Position numbers and translations under genes: made by a program
In this document: piece after piece, positions 1 to 10,633 of the stretch
Numbering within the stretch: position 1 is the first letter of the stretch
How the letters are laid out: each line of letters opens with the position of its first letter
From: Podospora anserina
Taxonomy: Eukaryota
Assembly: GCA_017654855.1 (NCBI GenBank)
Contig: CM030338.1
Location: 1,302,001-1,366,000 of the forward strand
Length of the DNA: 64,000 nucleotides
Direction: 5' to 3'
The notes under the pieces: model-generated
What the model saw: the letters and a program-made list of their open reading frames with translations, nothing else
What the model was told of the DNA's origin: nothing
The model's database searches: none

Positions 1-3000
1 ACTACCACCCACTGCTGCCGCATTCCCGGACGCTACAGACGATATCAGACCCTTGACACTTATAAGTCGAGATAAAATGACCATCTTGGGACGATCTCCA
101 AAGTACCTTTTGTTTCGTACCACCCCCAGGTTTCATGGCGCTCTCTCTGAGCATATGCAGTGTGGCACAAGAATACTTGATCCGATCCCAGCCGCTTGAC
201 TGGTGACAGGATAGGATAGGCACGTTTGATGGAAGACGGGAGACGGAAGAGATGGGACAGCAGCCACACCTGGGGTTTGCGCGGCCCATCGCCATCTGCT
301 CTCTCTCCCTCTTAGGCCCAAGGTGAAAGAAGAGAGGAAAGAAAAGGGAAGAAAGTCCGTGGGCTATGCTGCCACTTGCATATGCGCAATGGCCATCAAG
401 AGCGAATGGCTGGTCCGGCTTGTGGTCGGTCGCATGCGACCGGAGCTGAAAGCTGCAGATGTGGACGGTGCAAGCTTACAGCTACACTACGAACAGCGCC
501 ACATCTGGAGTAGTGTTACAGAGCACCGTACCGTAATTACACGGCTGTAAGTCTGAACGTCCGCCAAGAGAAAAGGTCGTCAGACTAACACCCGGCTAGA
601 CTCGCCCTGCTGAAGACTCCTCCTGGCTGGCGTGGCTGGCAGCAAGCTGTTCAGACTCTCTCATGACAGGCCTCTTGACAACAAGTCAAATCATGCAGCA
701 AAATGACTCCTTTTTCGTGTTTCGCTAGTCGAAGAGTAAATGACGCGTCCCGCAGCAAGAAGAGCGCGTATCACAGCTCCCGGCCGATCGTAGGACTTTT
801 TTTTTTTCATGGGGATTTTTAGTTGCATGAGCCGTGAGGAGTCATATCGATATCCGCCACCGCCCAGAATCTATATGAGTGGCCCGTCGAGATCCCACCA
901 GAAACTGGAACTGGTAACTCGGGTAAACAGTGAGGCGTCAACTGAATACCTTGTGTGAATGGCTCCAGGACTTTCAGATAACGTCCGTAGTCGGGCAGCC
1001 AAGTCTGCAGCCAACTCTTGTTCTGAAAAAGAGCGTCGTTTCTGACTTGTGACTTGTGAGTTGTGATATTAACAGAATCACCGTCACTCCAAGGTACCAT
1101 CCGCTCCCTTATTAGCGACACTGGCGTCCTGAGAAAGATAAACTGCCATGCAACTGCATGGTCTAGATTAAACACTGTTCGTGTTGCCGCTGAATGGACA
1201 GACGGTCGCTTGAAAAGGCCGGTGCCGTTTGTGATGGGCCACCTCTTCAGTCATGCATGAAGCTCGCTTGGTGAGGCCTCAAGAGCCATATTGTGCGGTC
1301 CATCACGCACACCATCTGGGTCTTGATGGCTTGGGATGGGGTTCCCCCTCCTTGCAAGCCGCCAAAAAACGTTCGAGAAGAAAGCAGCCGGAGCATGTTG
1401 GCGGCGGGGAAAAGACAAAGGCGTCATTTGCCATGGCGAGATTGTCTAAATCTCAAGCCATCGTCGTGATCACAAGATAGACCTCAATCTTCCCTTTGCC
1501 CAGTGATATGAAGCGGTGCCCTAGCCCGAAATCATGACGAGATGACAGAGACGGCGTAGCCATGTTGAAGGCTGCCCTGGAACCAAGGCTCCAACCCCAT
1601 GACTGCATATCGTAAGATTAGGAGTCCTTCCGCAGTAGACGCAAGAAGCGAGGAGCCGAAAGCGAAAAAGATATCAACATCAGCTTGGCCAGAAGGAAAC
1701 ATGAAACACACAAGCGCGCTGCTGGAGGCGTTCTTCTCTTGTCTCAACTCCCTCAGTGGCTGACTGTCTGCCCATCAATAAAAGATCCCGCCCACCCCTC
1801 CCGAACATGCCGGTCTTGTTGCTGGAAATCTTGCTCGACGCCACACGTTCGACTTTCTTGGGCCCAGCACTCGACCAGTATGTCCCGATCTGGGCATGCC
1901 GCAGGAGGAGGATGGGACCCAGCCAGCCGGCTACACGTCCTGCGATGGCGATATTCGACACCGACTGGTCCCTTTGTCGAATTGTGCGGCCAGGGGTGGG
2001 TTCCGGAAGGAGATGTTCGAGTTGCAACATGCCACTGGCATCCCACTGGCACCCCCAAACGGGCAATATAGAGTGCAGGAGAGGGGGGAAGCATCGCCAG
2101 TGAATGCCAGCCTCTCGTCGGTCCCGTGTCATGGATGACAAGAGCAGGCATGGCATGGCAGACCATGCTAGCGCAGAAGGTGAGCAAAAAGGTGTGTAAG
2201 TTGGGATCCCTGCTATTGAGCCTCATTGGCTGCCGGCCTGACGCCCTCCTCCGGCCGCCATCTTGGAGAAAGACCGAGGATACGGCAGGCGATTGGGTGA
2301 AAAACTCGAAACGAGGGCAAAAAGGGTGGTGCCGCTTTGCGACGTTACTGCAGACTGGGGTGGCCTAGAACCACCTACCTGACGTCCAGCCTGCCAGATT
2401 AGAAGTGAGCGCGAGGCTGCTGTAGAACCGGCATCTGTTCCTGTCTGGGGTGTCAAATCTCCGTATACTTGGTTATGATAATCATGGTGGAAATGATGAC
2501 GATGCTGATACTGATGCTTGGTGTTGATGCTGCTGGAAGCTGAACGTGGAGCTAGCTGCTGCTGTGAGGGCGAGGTGAAGTCTGTGAGAGAATGCCCAGA
2601 CCTGCCCAGCTGAATTACGAATACATGGAGAGGGGTTTGTGCGTATCCAAACTTGGAAGCACGGTGGATCTGCAGCCTTTTCTCTCTGCAGCCCCACTGT
2701 TTCCAACAACGCAACTACACTTATACACACTGTCACTACAAATTGTGGCTTGGCTCATGTGGCTTGCGTATTCTTTCCTCTCTTGTGTGACGGGAGGTGA
2801 GGCAAAAAGTGCCGTCTCTTGCCGCGCAGCAGCGCACTCGTGACTGACAGTCACTTGACTTCGGCCGGGCTTCCTTCTTCAGGCCAGTGTCCCGTGATCG
2901 CAAATATTCCTGGATCTCTGTGAACCTCCTGTTTCGGCCAAACACGCCCACTGCCCACTGCCCACTGGCAGATCGTCTCTTGCTCGCGACCACAGTGCGG

Positions 3001-4509
3001 ATCACCAATGGCTTCAGCTCGATAACGCCTGATTCTGGACTCCCTTGTTTTACTCTGCGTGGGGTATCATGACCCAATGAAGCCCCAGCGGGTATCGAGA
3101 AACAAGACAATTCGACGCGAGGAACTTTCAAGAAAGGAGAAAGGTCACAAAGCTTGGAAACCGGGTTCGGAATGGACAACCCCGCTGGCGAGGGCGAGGA
3201 AGAGGAAGGCGAGTTTACCGCAAGAAAGAAAAAACATTCCTCCCTGTTTTTTGCCGTGATCCTTCGCCGTCTTCACCGCTAGAAGACCGGTTTATCGCCT
3301 CAAACCCAAGTCCCTTGTGATCATGACTCCTCGACTTGAAATTTCTCAATAAGGAATCCCCCATCAACGGGGGGTTGACGGATATCGGATATTGGCCCCT
3401 CCTTGTCTTGTCCGTCTCCCGTCTCCCGTCGTGCCGGGCGGGCCTTGGCACCGTTGACGTCACTCTTTTGGCTTGTTAAGATCAAGCCTGTCAGGGGTCT
3501 GTCAAAGTCAACATCAACGTCAAAACCGAACTGTATTACAACACACGCCCGGCGATCTGCTAACAAGCCTCACCCCGGCCTGCCCGCCTGATGCCCAACG
3601 TTTTTTTTCTTCAATTCAAAGCCAGGGCAACTGAGGCGAAGCCGACCTTGAAAAAGGTGAAATGTGGGGCCGCCCCGTTGCCCTCGGAGGCAGCCGACTC
3701 AGCCGACCGACCGATCGACTGCCGAACAACCCTCACCTTAACGTGGCCGCCACGTACACCCGGTAACTCTAACGCCACATCTGAAGAGATCCGAGAAAAG
3801 GGTGTCATTCATCATTCAAGCGAGAGAAAAAAAATCATCTATTTTCAGCTGGCTCAGGGTAGCGCAAGGGAAAAACTTTAAGGATTGCCCCTCCCTCTTT
3901 TTCAAAGTTACGCAACCCCTGAATGTGGGGAAGCCTAGCTCGCTACGCTACACCCGAGGGTTAGGGTCGGGGATAAGGGCTCCCTCGAGCGCCCTCTCAA
4001 ATGGTCACCGATCAGAGATCGCTTCGGTCAGCAGGTGCAAGGCCTCGTCACTGCAGCCAACTCACATGTAGGCCCAGCCAACAACTTCCAATCTACCTAC
4101 ATGACAGCCGATCAAGGGAGTTTATGCATACAGCATGCAAACACGGAGAGGAGGACCTGTCGGTATACCCGGAAGCAAAGGCAGATTTTTTGGGAATGCT
4201 GTCTCGGCAGTTGTACCTAGACCGGTCTGCCTTATGCTGGTGGTGGTCAGCACCTTGGTTGGGACAGCCCCACATTCGCTGCCTGTTAGCGTACCGACGC
4301 AAGGGAAAGGGGGCTCAGCCCAGCGGTTCAGTACTGGCACTCTTTGCAGCCGAGGCCGGTGAGATAGGCGGTGGGTTGGGTTACTCGATCTTTTATTGAC
4401 GTTTGGAATGTTGCTTCTTTGAAGATGAAAGTGTGCTCGTGACAACTGGGAATGTACAGCGACAACACACGATTCCTAAAATATATCTTATTTTCCATCT
4501 TTCTACTCA

Positions 4510-4589
4510 AAGACATATACCATCCGTAAAGGCATAAACTCACCGTCGAAGACATATACCATCCGTAAAGGCATAAACTCACCGTCGAA
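4510..4589. repeat. Perfect 39-bp direct tandem duplication (2 copies)
   Basis: aagacatataccatccgtaaaggcataaactcaccgtcg occurs at 4510-4548 and again at 4549-4587; lies in the presumed 3' UTR of the 8071-4733 gene. Confidence 0.95.
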
Positions 4590-4732
4590 CTGCTGTGGTC
4601 ATATTTTGACCGCTGAATAGCCCAACACCAAACCAGAGAATGTAAACAAAACCAAACAGAATATTCCACACACATCCCAACTTCACCCGCCCAAATCCCA
4701 TGTAATAATCCTTCCCCCCGCACCTTCCCCCT

Positions 4733-5298
4733 TTACCAATCCCCCAACCCAGCAATCCCCTCCTCCTCCTCCTCCTCCTCCTTCTTATCATCATCCCACC
4801 CACCATCATTCCCCCCTTTATCCCCCCCCTCTTTCTTCTTCCCATCATCACTCTTGTTCCCACCCGTAACATTGCTAGCAACAGCAGCAACTAATCCCCC
4901 CAACCCGCCCAGCCCCCACCCAAAACCCCCAAGTTTATTCCCCAACTTCACCCCGCCATCATCCTCCTTCCCAACAGGAGTAGGAGTCCTAAACTCCCCC
5001 TCTGCCTTTTCCTTCCCCTTATCCACCTTCTTTTTCTCAGGGGAGTTTGGCCCCGGTGTCTCGTTCCATGAGCCAGGCATGGACATCTCACTGTTGTTTG
5101 GTTTCTTCTTGTCCCACGGATTCGGATCGACGTTTTCGTTGTCCGAGTCGAACTGGTCTTGGGGTGAAGGTTGAAAGGTGAGTTTTTTGCGGGAGGATTT
5201 TTTGCTGGTGTTGGTTCCTGTGAGGGAGGCGGGTTTGGGGAAGGTGAAGGGGGAGGGGGGTTTAGAGGGGGGGTTGGGGTCGGGCCAGGTGTTGTTGC

Positions 5299-5353
<55 letters not shown>

Positions 5354-5501
5354 CTCGTTGCCCCAGCTGTTGTCATTGGAGGTATCATTGTTGTCACCCG
5401 AGTTGTTGTTGTCATCGTTGCCCCAACTGCCGCCGCCGTTGTTGTTGTTCTCAGCCGAGGTATCATTGTTATTGTTGTCGTTGCCCCAGCTGTTGTCGCC
5501 G

Positions 5502-5535
<34 letters not shown>

Positions 5536-8071
5536 CGTTGGAGGTATCGTTGTTGTCCCCAGAGGAGTTATTCTCATTACCCCAACCGCCACCCGCATTG
5601 TCATTGGAGGTATCGTTGTTATCCCCAGAGGTGTTGTTTTCGCTGCCCCAACTGTCGCCGCCGCCGTTGTTGTTGAAGGTATCATTGGAGTTGTCGTTGG
5701 AGTTGTCGTTGGAGTTGTCGTTAGAGTTGTCGTTGGAGTCATCATTTCCGTTGCCCCAACCCCCCCAACTGTTGTCATTGGAGTTTTCGTTGGAATTGTC
5801 GTTTCCGTTACCCCAGCCGCCACCGTTGTTGTCATTGTTGCCATCAGACCCGGCCTTGGTGCTCTCGGTGAACTGAACAGCAGGAGAGGCCGACCTGCCC
5901 TTCTTCCCTCCTTTCTTGTTCTTCCCTCCTTTGCTGTTACTTCCGCCCTGGTTGTTACCTCCGCCCTGGTTGTTACCTCTGCCCTGGTTGTTACTTCCGC
6001 CCTGGTTGTTACCTCCACCGTTGTTCCCTCCACCGCCCTTGTTGCCGCCAGAGCCAGAAGCCACATTCGGAGTTCCCTGCTGCGCCCTAGGTGTCCCCCG
6101 GCCCTGGCCCTGCCCCTGTGACGCCGAATCATTCGGCCATATCGGAGGCACAGCGTTCAACTGCCACGACCCCGGCATCTGCTGCCACTGCTGGTACCCA
6201 GCCATTCCCTGCGGAGTAAAGTTGTGAGGACCGTAAGCCCCAAGCTGCACGGGAGGCTGCATCACAGGCGGCGGAGGACCCTAGCCTCCCCACGCAGGAC
6301 CGCCAGGTTGATGGGACCAGTAGGGATTCGGGCAGTCTGTGTGGATGATGTTGGTCACAGGATGCACAACACCATCCCCGGCGTAGCCATAGTTCTGGAA
6401 CTGGGGGTGGATAGGAGCCGGCGGAAAGCCCGCAGGCACAGCGGGCTGCTGAGCTGGGCTGTCAAAGACTTGGACATGACCGTCTAGGTAGTAGGCGTTG
6501 CGCGGTGGTTGGACGGTGGCTGAGCGAGAGGGGACATGCTGGACGGTGGCTGATCCCTGGGCGTTGTTCGAAGACTGGTTGCCACCGTCGGGTTTCTGCT
6601 GATCAGACTTGTTCTGGTTTTGGCTGGTACCAGAGCTGTCGCCGGCAGCCTTCTTGTTGTTCTGGGGGTTATCCTGCTTGCCCCTGTCTCCCTTTTTATC
6701 GTCCTTCTTGCCCTCCTGCCTCTCGTCCTTCTTGTCCTCTTTCTTGCCCTCCTGTTTCTCGTCCTTCCTGGCATCCTTGTTCACACCCTTCTTGTCATCC
6801 TGCTTATCATCCTTTCCGTCCTTCTTTCCATCCTTCTTGCCCTTGTCATTCCCCGAAGAACCACCCTTCTTCTTCAGACAGTCTGTAAGCAGCGCCGCGG
6901 CTATCTCCTTTCTAGTTCGGGGCTTGCTCAACTCCCGGCCCAGGAGTCTCCGACCCTGAATGCAGTTCTCGCAGCCGCATGTGGCATGGGGCTCCAGATC
7001 GGGGGTGACAAAGTCGTCAGGAGCGCCCGCGTCTTGCTTCTTCGTGTTGTGCTGGCCCGACTTGTTGTCTTTTGACTTGTCCTCGGTCTTATTGTCATCA
7101 GCCTTCTTCTTGTCCTCTGCTTTCTTGTTGCCCTCGACCTTCTTCTCCGCCTCCATGGTCTTGCTGGACTCACCCTTCTCGTCAGGCTCGGGAGGGGCCA
7201 GCTTAGCCTCGGCCGGCGTCTTGCTGCTCTGAAGCGGCACCTTTGCGACAAAAGTCTCGCCCTCGCCGTCGCTGCCCGTATAGACCTCAACCTGAAATTT
7301 CGGCTTCTTGGCTGTGGTGTTGACAGGTTTCTCCGTCTCTTGAGTCTTCCTGACCTCCTTGGGTTTGGCAGAGTCAGCCTTCTTCTCCTCCTTTGACGGA
7401 GATGACCTGGGATCGCTCGGTTTGCCCTTTGTTTGTTGTTGCTTGTAAGCCTTGGAAACTGCCAACGCTATAGCCATGGCGCGCTCCTCCTCGTCTGAGT
7501 CAACGTCTGAAAAGATCTCGGAAAGTCGCTTGGTCGTGGCCGCCTCGATCTCTGCCTTCCTCTTGGCCTCCTCTTCTTTCGCTTTCTCTTTGGCCACCTT
7601 CCTGTCTTGAGCAGCGTGAACCGTAGCAATTGTTCTAGCCTCAGCTCGGGCAATGGCAACACTAGCCTTTTTAAGTGCGGCGGCAGCGGCAGCAGTAGCC
7701 TCGATGTCGACGGAAGCCGTCTCGGCTTGGGCAGCTTGGGCGGCTCTTGCTTTGTGACAACTCTTGTGCTCTCGAGGATGACGGGACTCGCCATGCTCGC
7801 GGTGCTCGTGGTGCTCGTGGTGCTCACTGACTCGATGCCTGGTGGGCGGCTGAGCAGTAGTCGAACCTTGTCGATCGTAGTATCTGTCTCGGGATGGGGA
7901 CCGATGCCTAGAGGGGGGCCGGGGTCTAGAATCGCGGCGCCTGGAATCTCTGCCTCTGTACTCTTTCTCCTCTGATCTCCGTCTCTCCGGCTCGGGTGTT
8001 GTCAGTCTCTCCTTTTCGGTGCGAGTGAGATTGCGGCCCATAATCCACTCCATCATGGTATTGGGAGGCAT
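4733..8071 (-). CDS. Low-complexity protein of about 1112 aa interrupted by one in-frame TAG (6283-6281); candidate editing-corrected premature-stop gene. Charged N-terminal half with UIM-like and CxCxxC motifs, N/G-rich WG-repeat C-terminal half
   Basis: ORFs 6281..8071 and 4733..6265 are in the same frame, joined by ...TGG GGA GGC TAG GGT CCT CCG CCG CCT GTG ATG... (PAWGG*GPPPPVMQPP). No convincing GTRAGT donor or CTRAC branch point flanks the TAG. Final stop is TAA at 4735-4733. Confidence 0.8.
5289..5352. repeat. (GTT)n microsatellite encoding poly-Asn on the minus strand; second tract near 5500-5533
   Basis: Long gttgttgtt run, in frame as AAC codons in the 8071-4733 gene. Confidence 0.95.
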
Positions 8072-8929
8072 GGCTGCGGTCAGCGAGTCGCAGCGAGCAG
8101 TGCGACTTTGGTGATGTTGGAGACAAAAGGAAAAGTCAAAAAACGACTATCAATCTCCTGAAGTGATAGTGACGGAACGGAAACAGACTGGTAGCGGTGT
8201 TGAAGGGCGAAGAACAAGGAAAGAATCGAGAAGGAGCCTCTCGATCCGAGCGGGTGTTTGGAGAAAAGGAAACAAGTCGGGGAGGGGCCAACGGCCCTGA
8301 GTGAAGAGGAGAGAACGACGAGAGGGGAAATACTTGGCCTGGTGTCGAACAGTAACCAGAGATGAAAGTAGCCGCAGAAAGCAATTTGCTGTGAAGGAGA
8401 GTATGCGCTGAAAACTGTAGTCGCAAGGTAGGAAGAAGCTTTGTATTTGCAGGAAGAATTGGCTATTACAGCAAAGTCGGTGGTGGGGGGTGGAAGGGAG
8501 ATTTTTGCAAGAAAGGCGGGTCTCGTTGCTGGAAATTCACTTGAGATGGAAAGGTAAGGGAGCAAGTCGAGTGTTTGAGGAAGTCGCTCAGAAGGTCGTG
8601 GGTCTGCCCGTAGTTCTCATGTCGTCGACTGATGCCCTGCAGTTTGAGGCTCAATGGAGATGCCCCATGGCCCGTGTCAGTCGACATCTGCCATTGAGAT
8701 TCCCGTCGAGTCTCTCTCACTGACTCGAAGCCTCCCATTCCTCGTCGAAACCACGCAGTTTGAGGCCCCGTTCAACCACAAGTAACCAACACAAACAAGA
8801 CCTTCGAGACAAAGAGACGCAGAAAAGAAAGAAAATACATTAACCCATCAACCCTTATGTATCTCACAAGTTCAAAGCTCTCATCATGTACCGTGTTCCA
8901 TAGTCCCGACTCATCTTCATCACCACCAA

Positions 8930-9745
8930 CTACAGCTTAGCCCTCTCCCTCCTCTCCCTCTCCTCCCACTCCCTCTCCCCCCTCCAATTCCTCCACAACC
9001 CCCACCCCCCAACAACCAACGCCAACGGAGGACAAACCCACAAAACCCACCCCCACCACCTCGGGCTCCCCCTCTCCACCTCCTCCATAACCCTCCTCAA
9101 CTCCCTCTTCAGATCGTCCTTATCCCCATCATTCCAAACCACCACCCCCCCACCAAAAGCCGCCCTCTCAACCTTTTTCATCACCCCCCCCTGACTCCTA
9201 ACCCGATTCTCCGCATCCTCCCTGCTCAAATGCCCATCCCGCCTCATCAACCTCTCCATCTGAACCTCCTCATCCCTCACCCCAACAACCATAACCCGTC
9301 CCACATACCGATCAAGCTTACTCTCAAACAACAACGGCACATCCAACACCACCGCCCTTTTCCCTTTGACATACTCCCTCACCACAGCCCAAAACATGGC
9401 CTTCCTCACAGCAGGGTGCACAATCCCGTTCAGCACCCCCCTGTCCTTCGCCCTCTCCAGACTAGTACCGAAAACCCTCTTCCCGAGCGCAGGTCGGTTC
9501 AACGGGCGGCCTTTTCCGTTTGGTCCATTCTCCGGCATGTCCTCTGACACAGGGACGAGTAAGTCGGGTGTGCTGGGGAGGAAGTGCTTCACAATGGCAT
9601 TGTAACCCGGCGTGCCCGGCTCGACGACCTGGCGGGCGATCAGGTCGGCGTCGATGATGGGGAGGTTGTAGGGTGGCTGCGATAAAAGGGAGGAAACGGT
9701 TGATTTGCCCGTGGCTATCGAGCCTGTGAGGCCTATGAGCAGCAT
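8930..9745 (-). CDS. CAB5: Dephospho-CoA kinase (CoaE family) with C-terminal hydrophobic segment
   Basis: MLLIGLTGSIATGKSTVS P-loop, IIDADLIARQVV, LNGIVHPAV, VVLDVPLLFES; ATG at 9745 in AAAAATG context. Confidence 0.93.
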   Translation of the reverse strand: MLLIGLTGSIATGKSTVSSLLSQPPYNLPIIDADLIARQVVEPGTPGYNAIVKHFLPSTPDLLVPVSEDMPENGPNGKGRPLNRPALGKRVFGTSLERAKDRGVLNGIVHPAVRKAMFWAVVREYVKGKRAVVLDVPLLFESKLDRYVGRVMVVGVRDEEVQMERLMRRDGHLSREDAENRVRSQGGVMKKVERAAFGGGVVVWNDGDKDDLKRELRRVMEEVERGSPRWWGWVLWVCPPLALVVGGWGLWRNWRGEREWEERERRERAKL

Positions 9746-10633
9746 TTTTGGCAAAGTTTCTTTCTTTAATGACTTTTGGTGAATATGAAATTGATGATAG
9801 GGGTTGTGAGATAATGGCAAGAGTTGATGAATGAGTACAAGTTTCAGTATATGTGAACTAATAAAATGGGAAGCGGGTTTCGTTAGCCAGTGCCCATGGC
9901 AATCGTATGATGATGCGGGGAGGAGGATCCTCTTCTTCCTCCAACACCTTTTTGCCGAGCTTCTCCAAGCTGCTTCCCCCGATTCAATCGACAGCTGATG
10001 AGCTCAGCCTTGGCACAAGAGGTAAAACCCGCCTTCGTCATCGCAAAACGGACAATGGCGTGCCCGGCACTAACACTTTCACCCCAATTTCCCCACCAAA
10101 ACTGTTAACATCCCGCCAAGCCGGGTCAAATCTGGGGTTCGCTTTGCATGTGACATCTGTGGCGTGCTGTCGGGGACCCTTGGCCTTTTGTAGCGGCCCG
10201 CTTTCAGCCTCACAGCTCCGTTTTTGACCTCCTTCAACCTTCACATCTTCACCAGGCACTTCACGGAGCATAAAAAAAATATCATAGGAATGTATTGAGC
10301 AGTATAAAACCAGCGCAGAAACCATCCCATAAACGCCAGCGATAAAAAACCGTTGCCCATTCCCTTTAGTACCATCGCCAAACCGAAAAAGAACCCATGC
10401 CCATCCCATGATACCATTTCCATCCATCTAAAAGATGACCATCCATGAGACCCTGACGTGAACTCAATCCTGTACCATCTAGAGGAAATGATCGAACCGA
10501 CTAGATTAAATAAAGGCAACGCAGCCAAAGGAGATCTGCCTCAAAGACAGCAGATTGTTCATCAAAGGCATCGCTAACAACACCAGCTCGTTAGCCAACG
10601 TGCTCCACAGTCAACACCAAAGTATACTCACCT

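Noticed and set aside
819-1175. 118-aa minus-strand ORF as a possible gene or transposon relic
   Set aside because: No in-frame ATG near its start, no domain motif, no terminal repeats or RIP signature.
4510-4589. CRISPR-like repeat
   Set aside because: Only two adjacent copies with no spacer, in a eukaryotic genome; a simple tandem duplication.
4854-6227. Long overlapping poly-Leu/Val/Thr ORFs (5171..6121, 5178..5876, 4948..6132)
   Set aside because: Shadow frames of the AAC/GAC-rich repeat region of the real minus-strand gene.
6281-6400. An intron ending at the TAG (GGCTAG|GGT) that would remove the premature stop
   Set aside because: No consensus donor or CTRAC branch point in the preceding ~120 nt, unlike the other introns called in the window, and the upstream sequence reads as continuous protein. 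Not formally excluded without RNA data.
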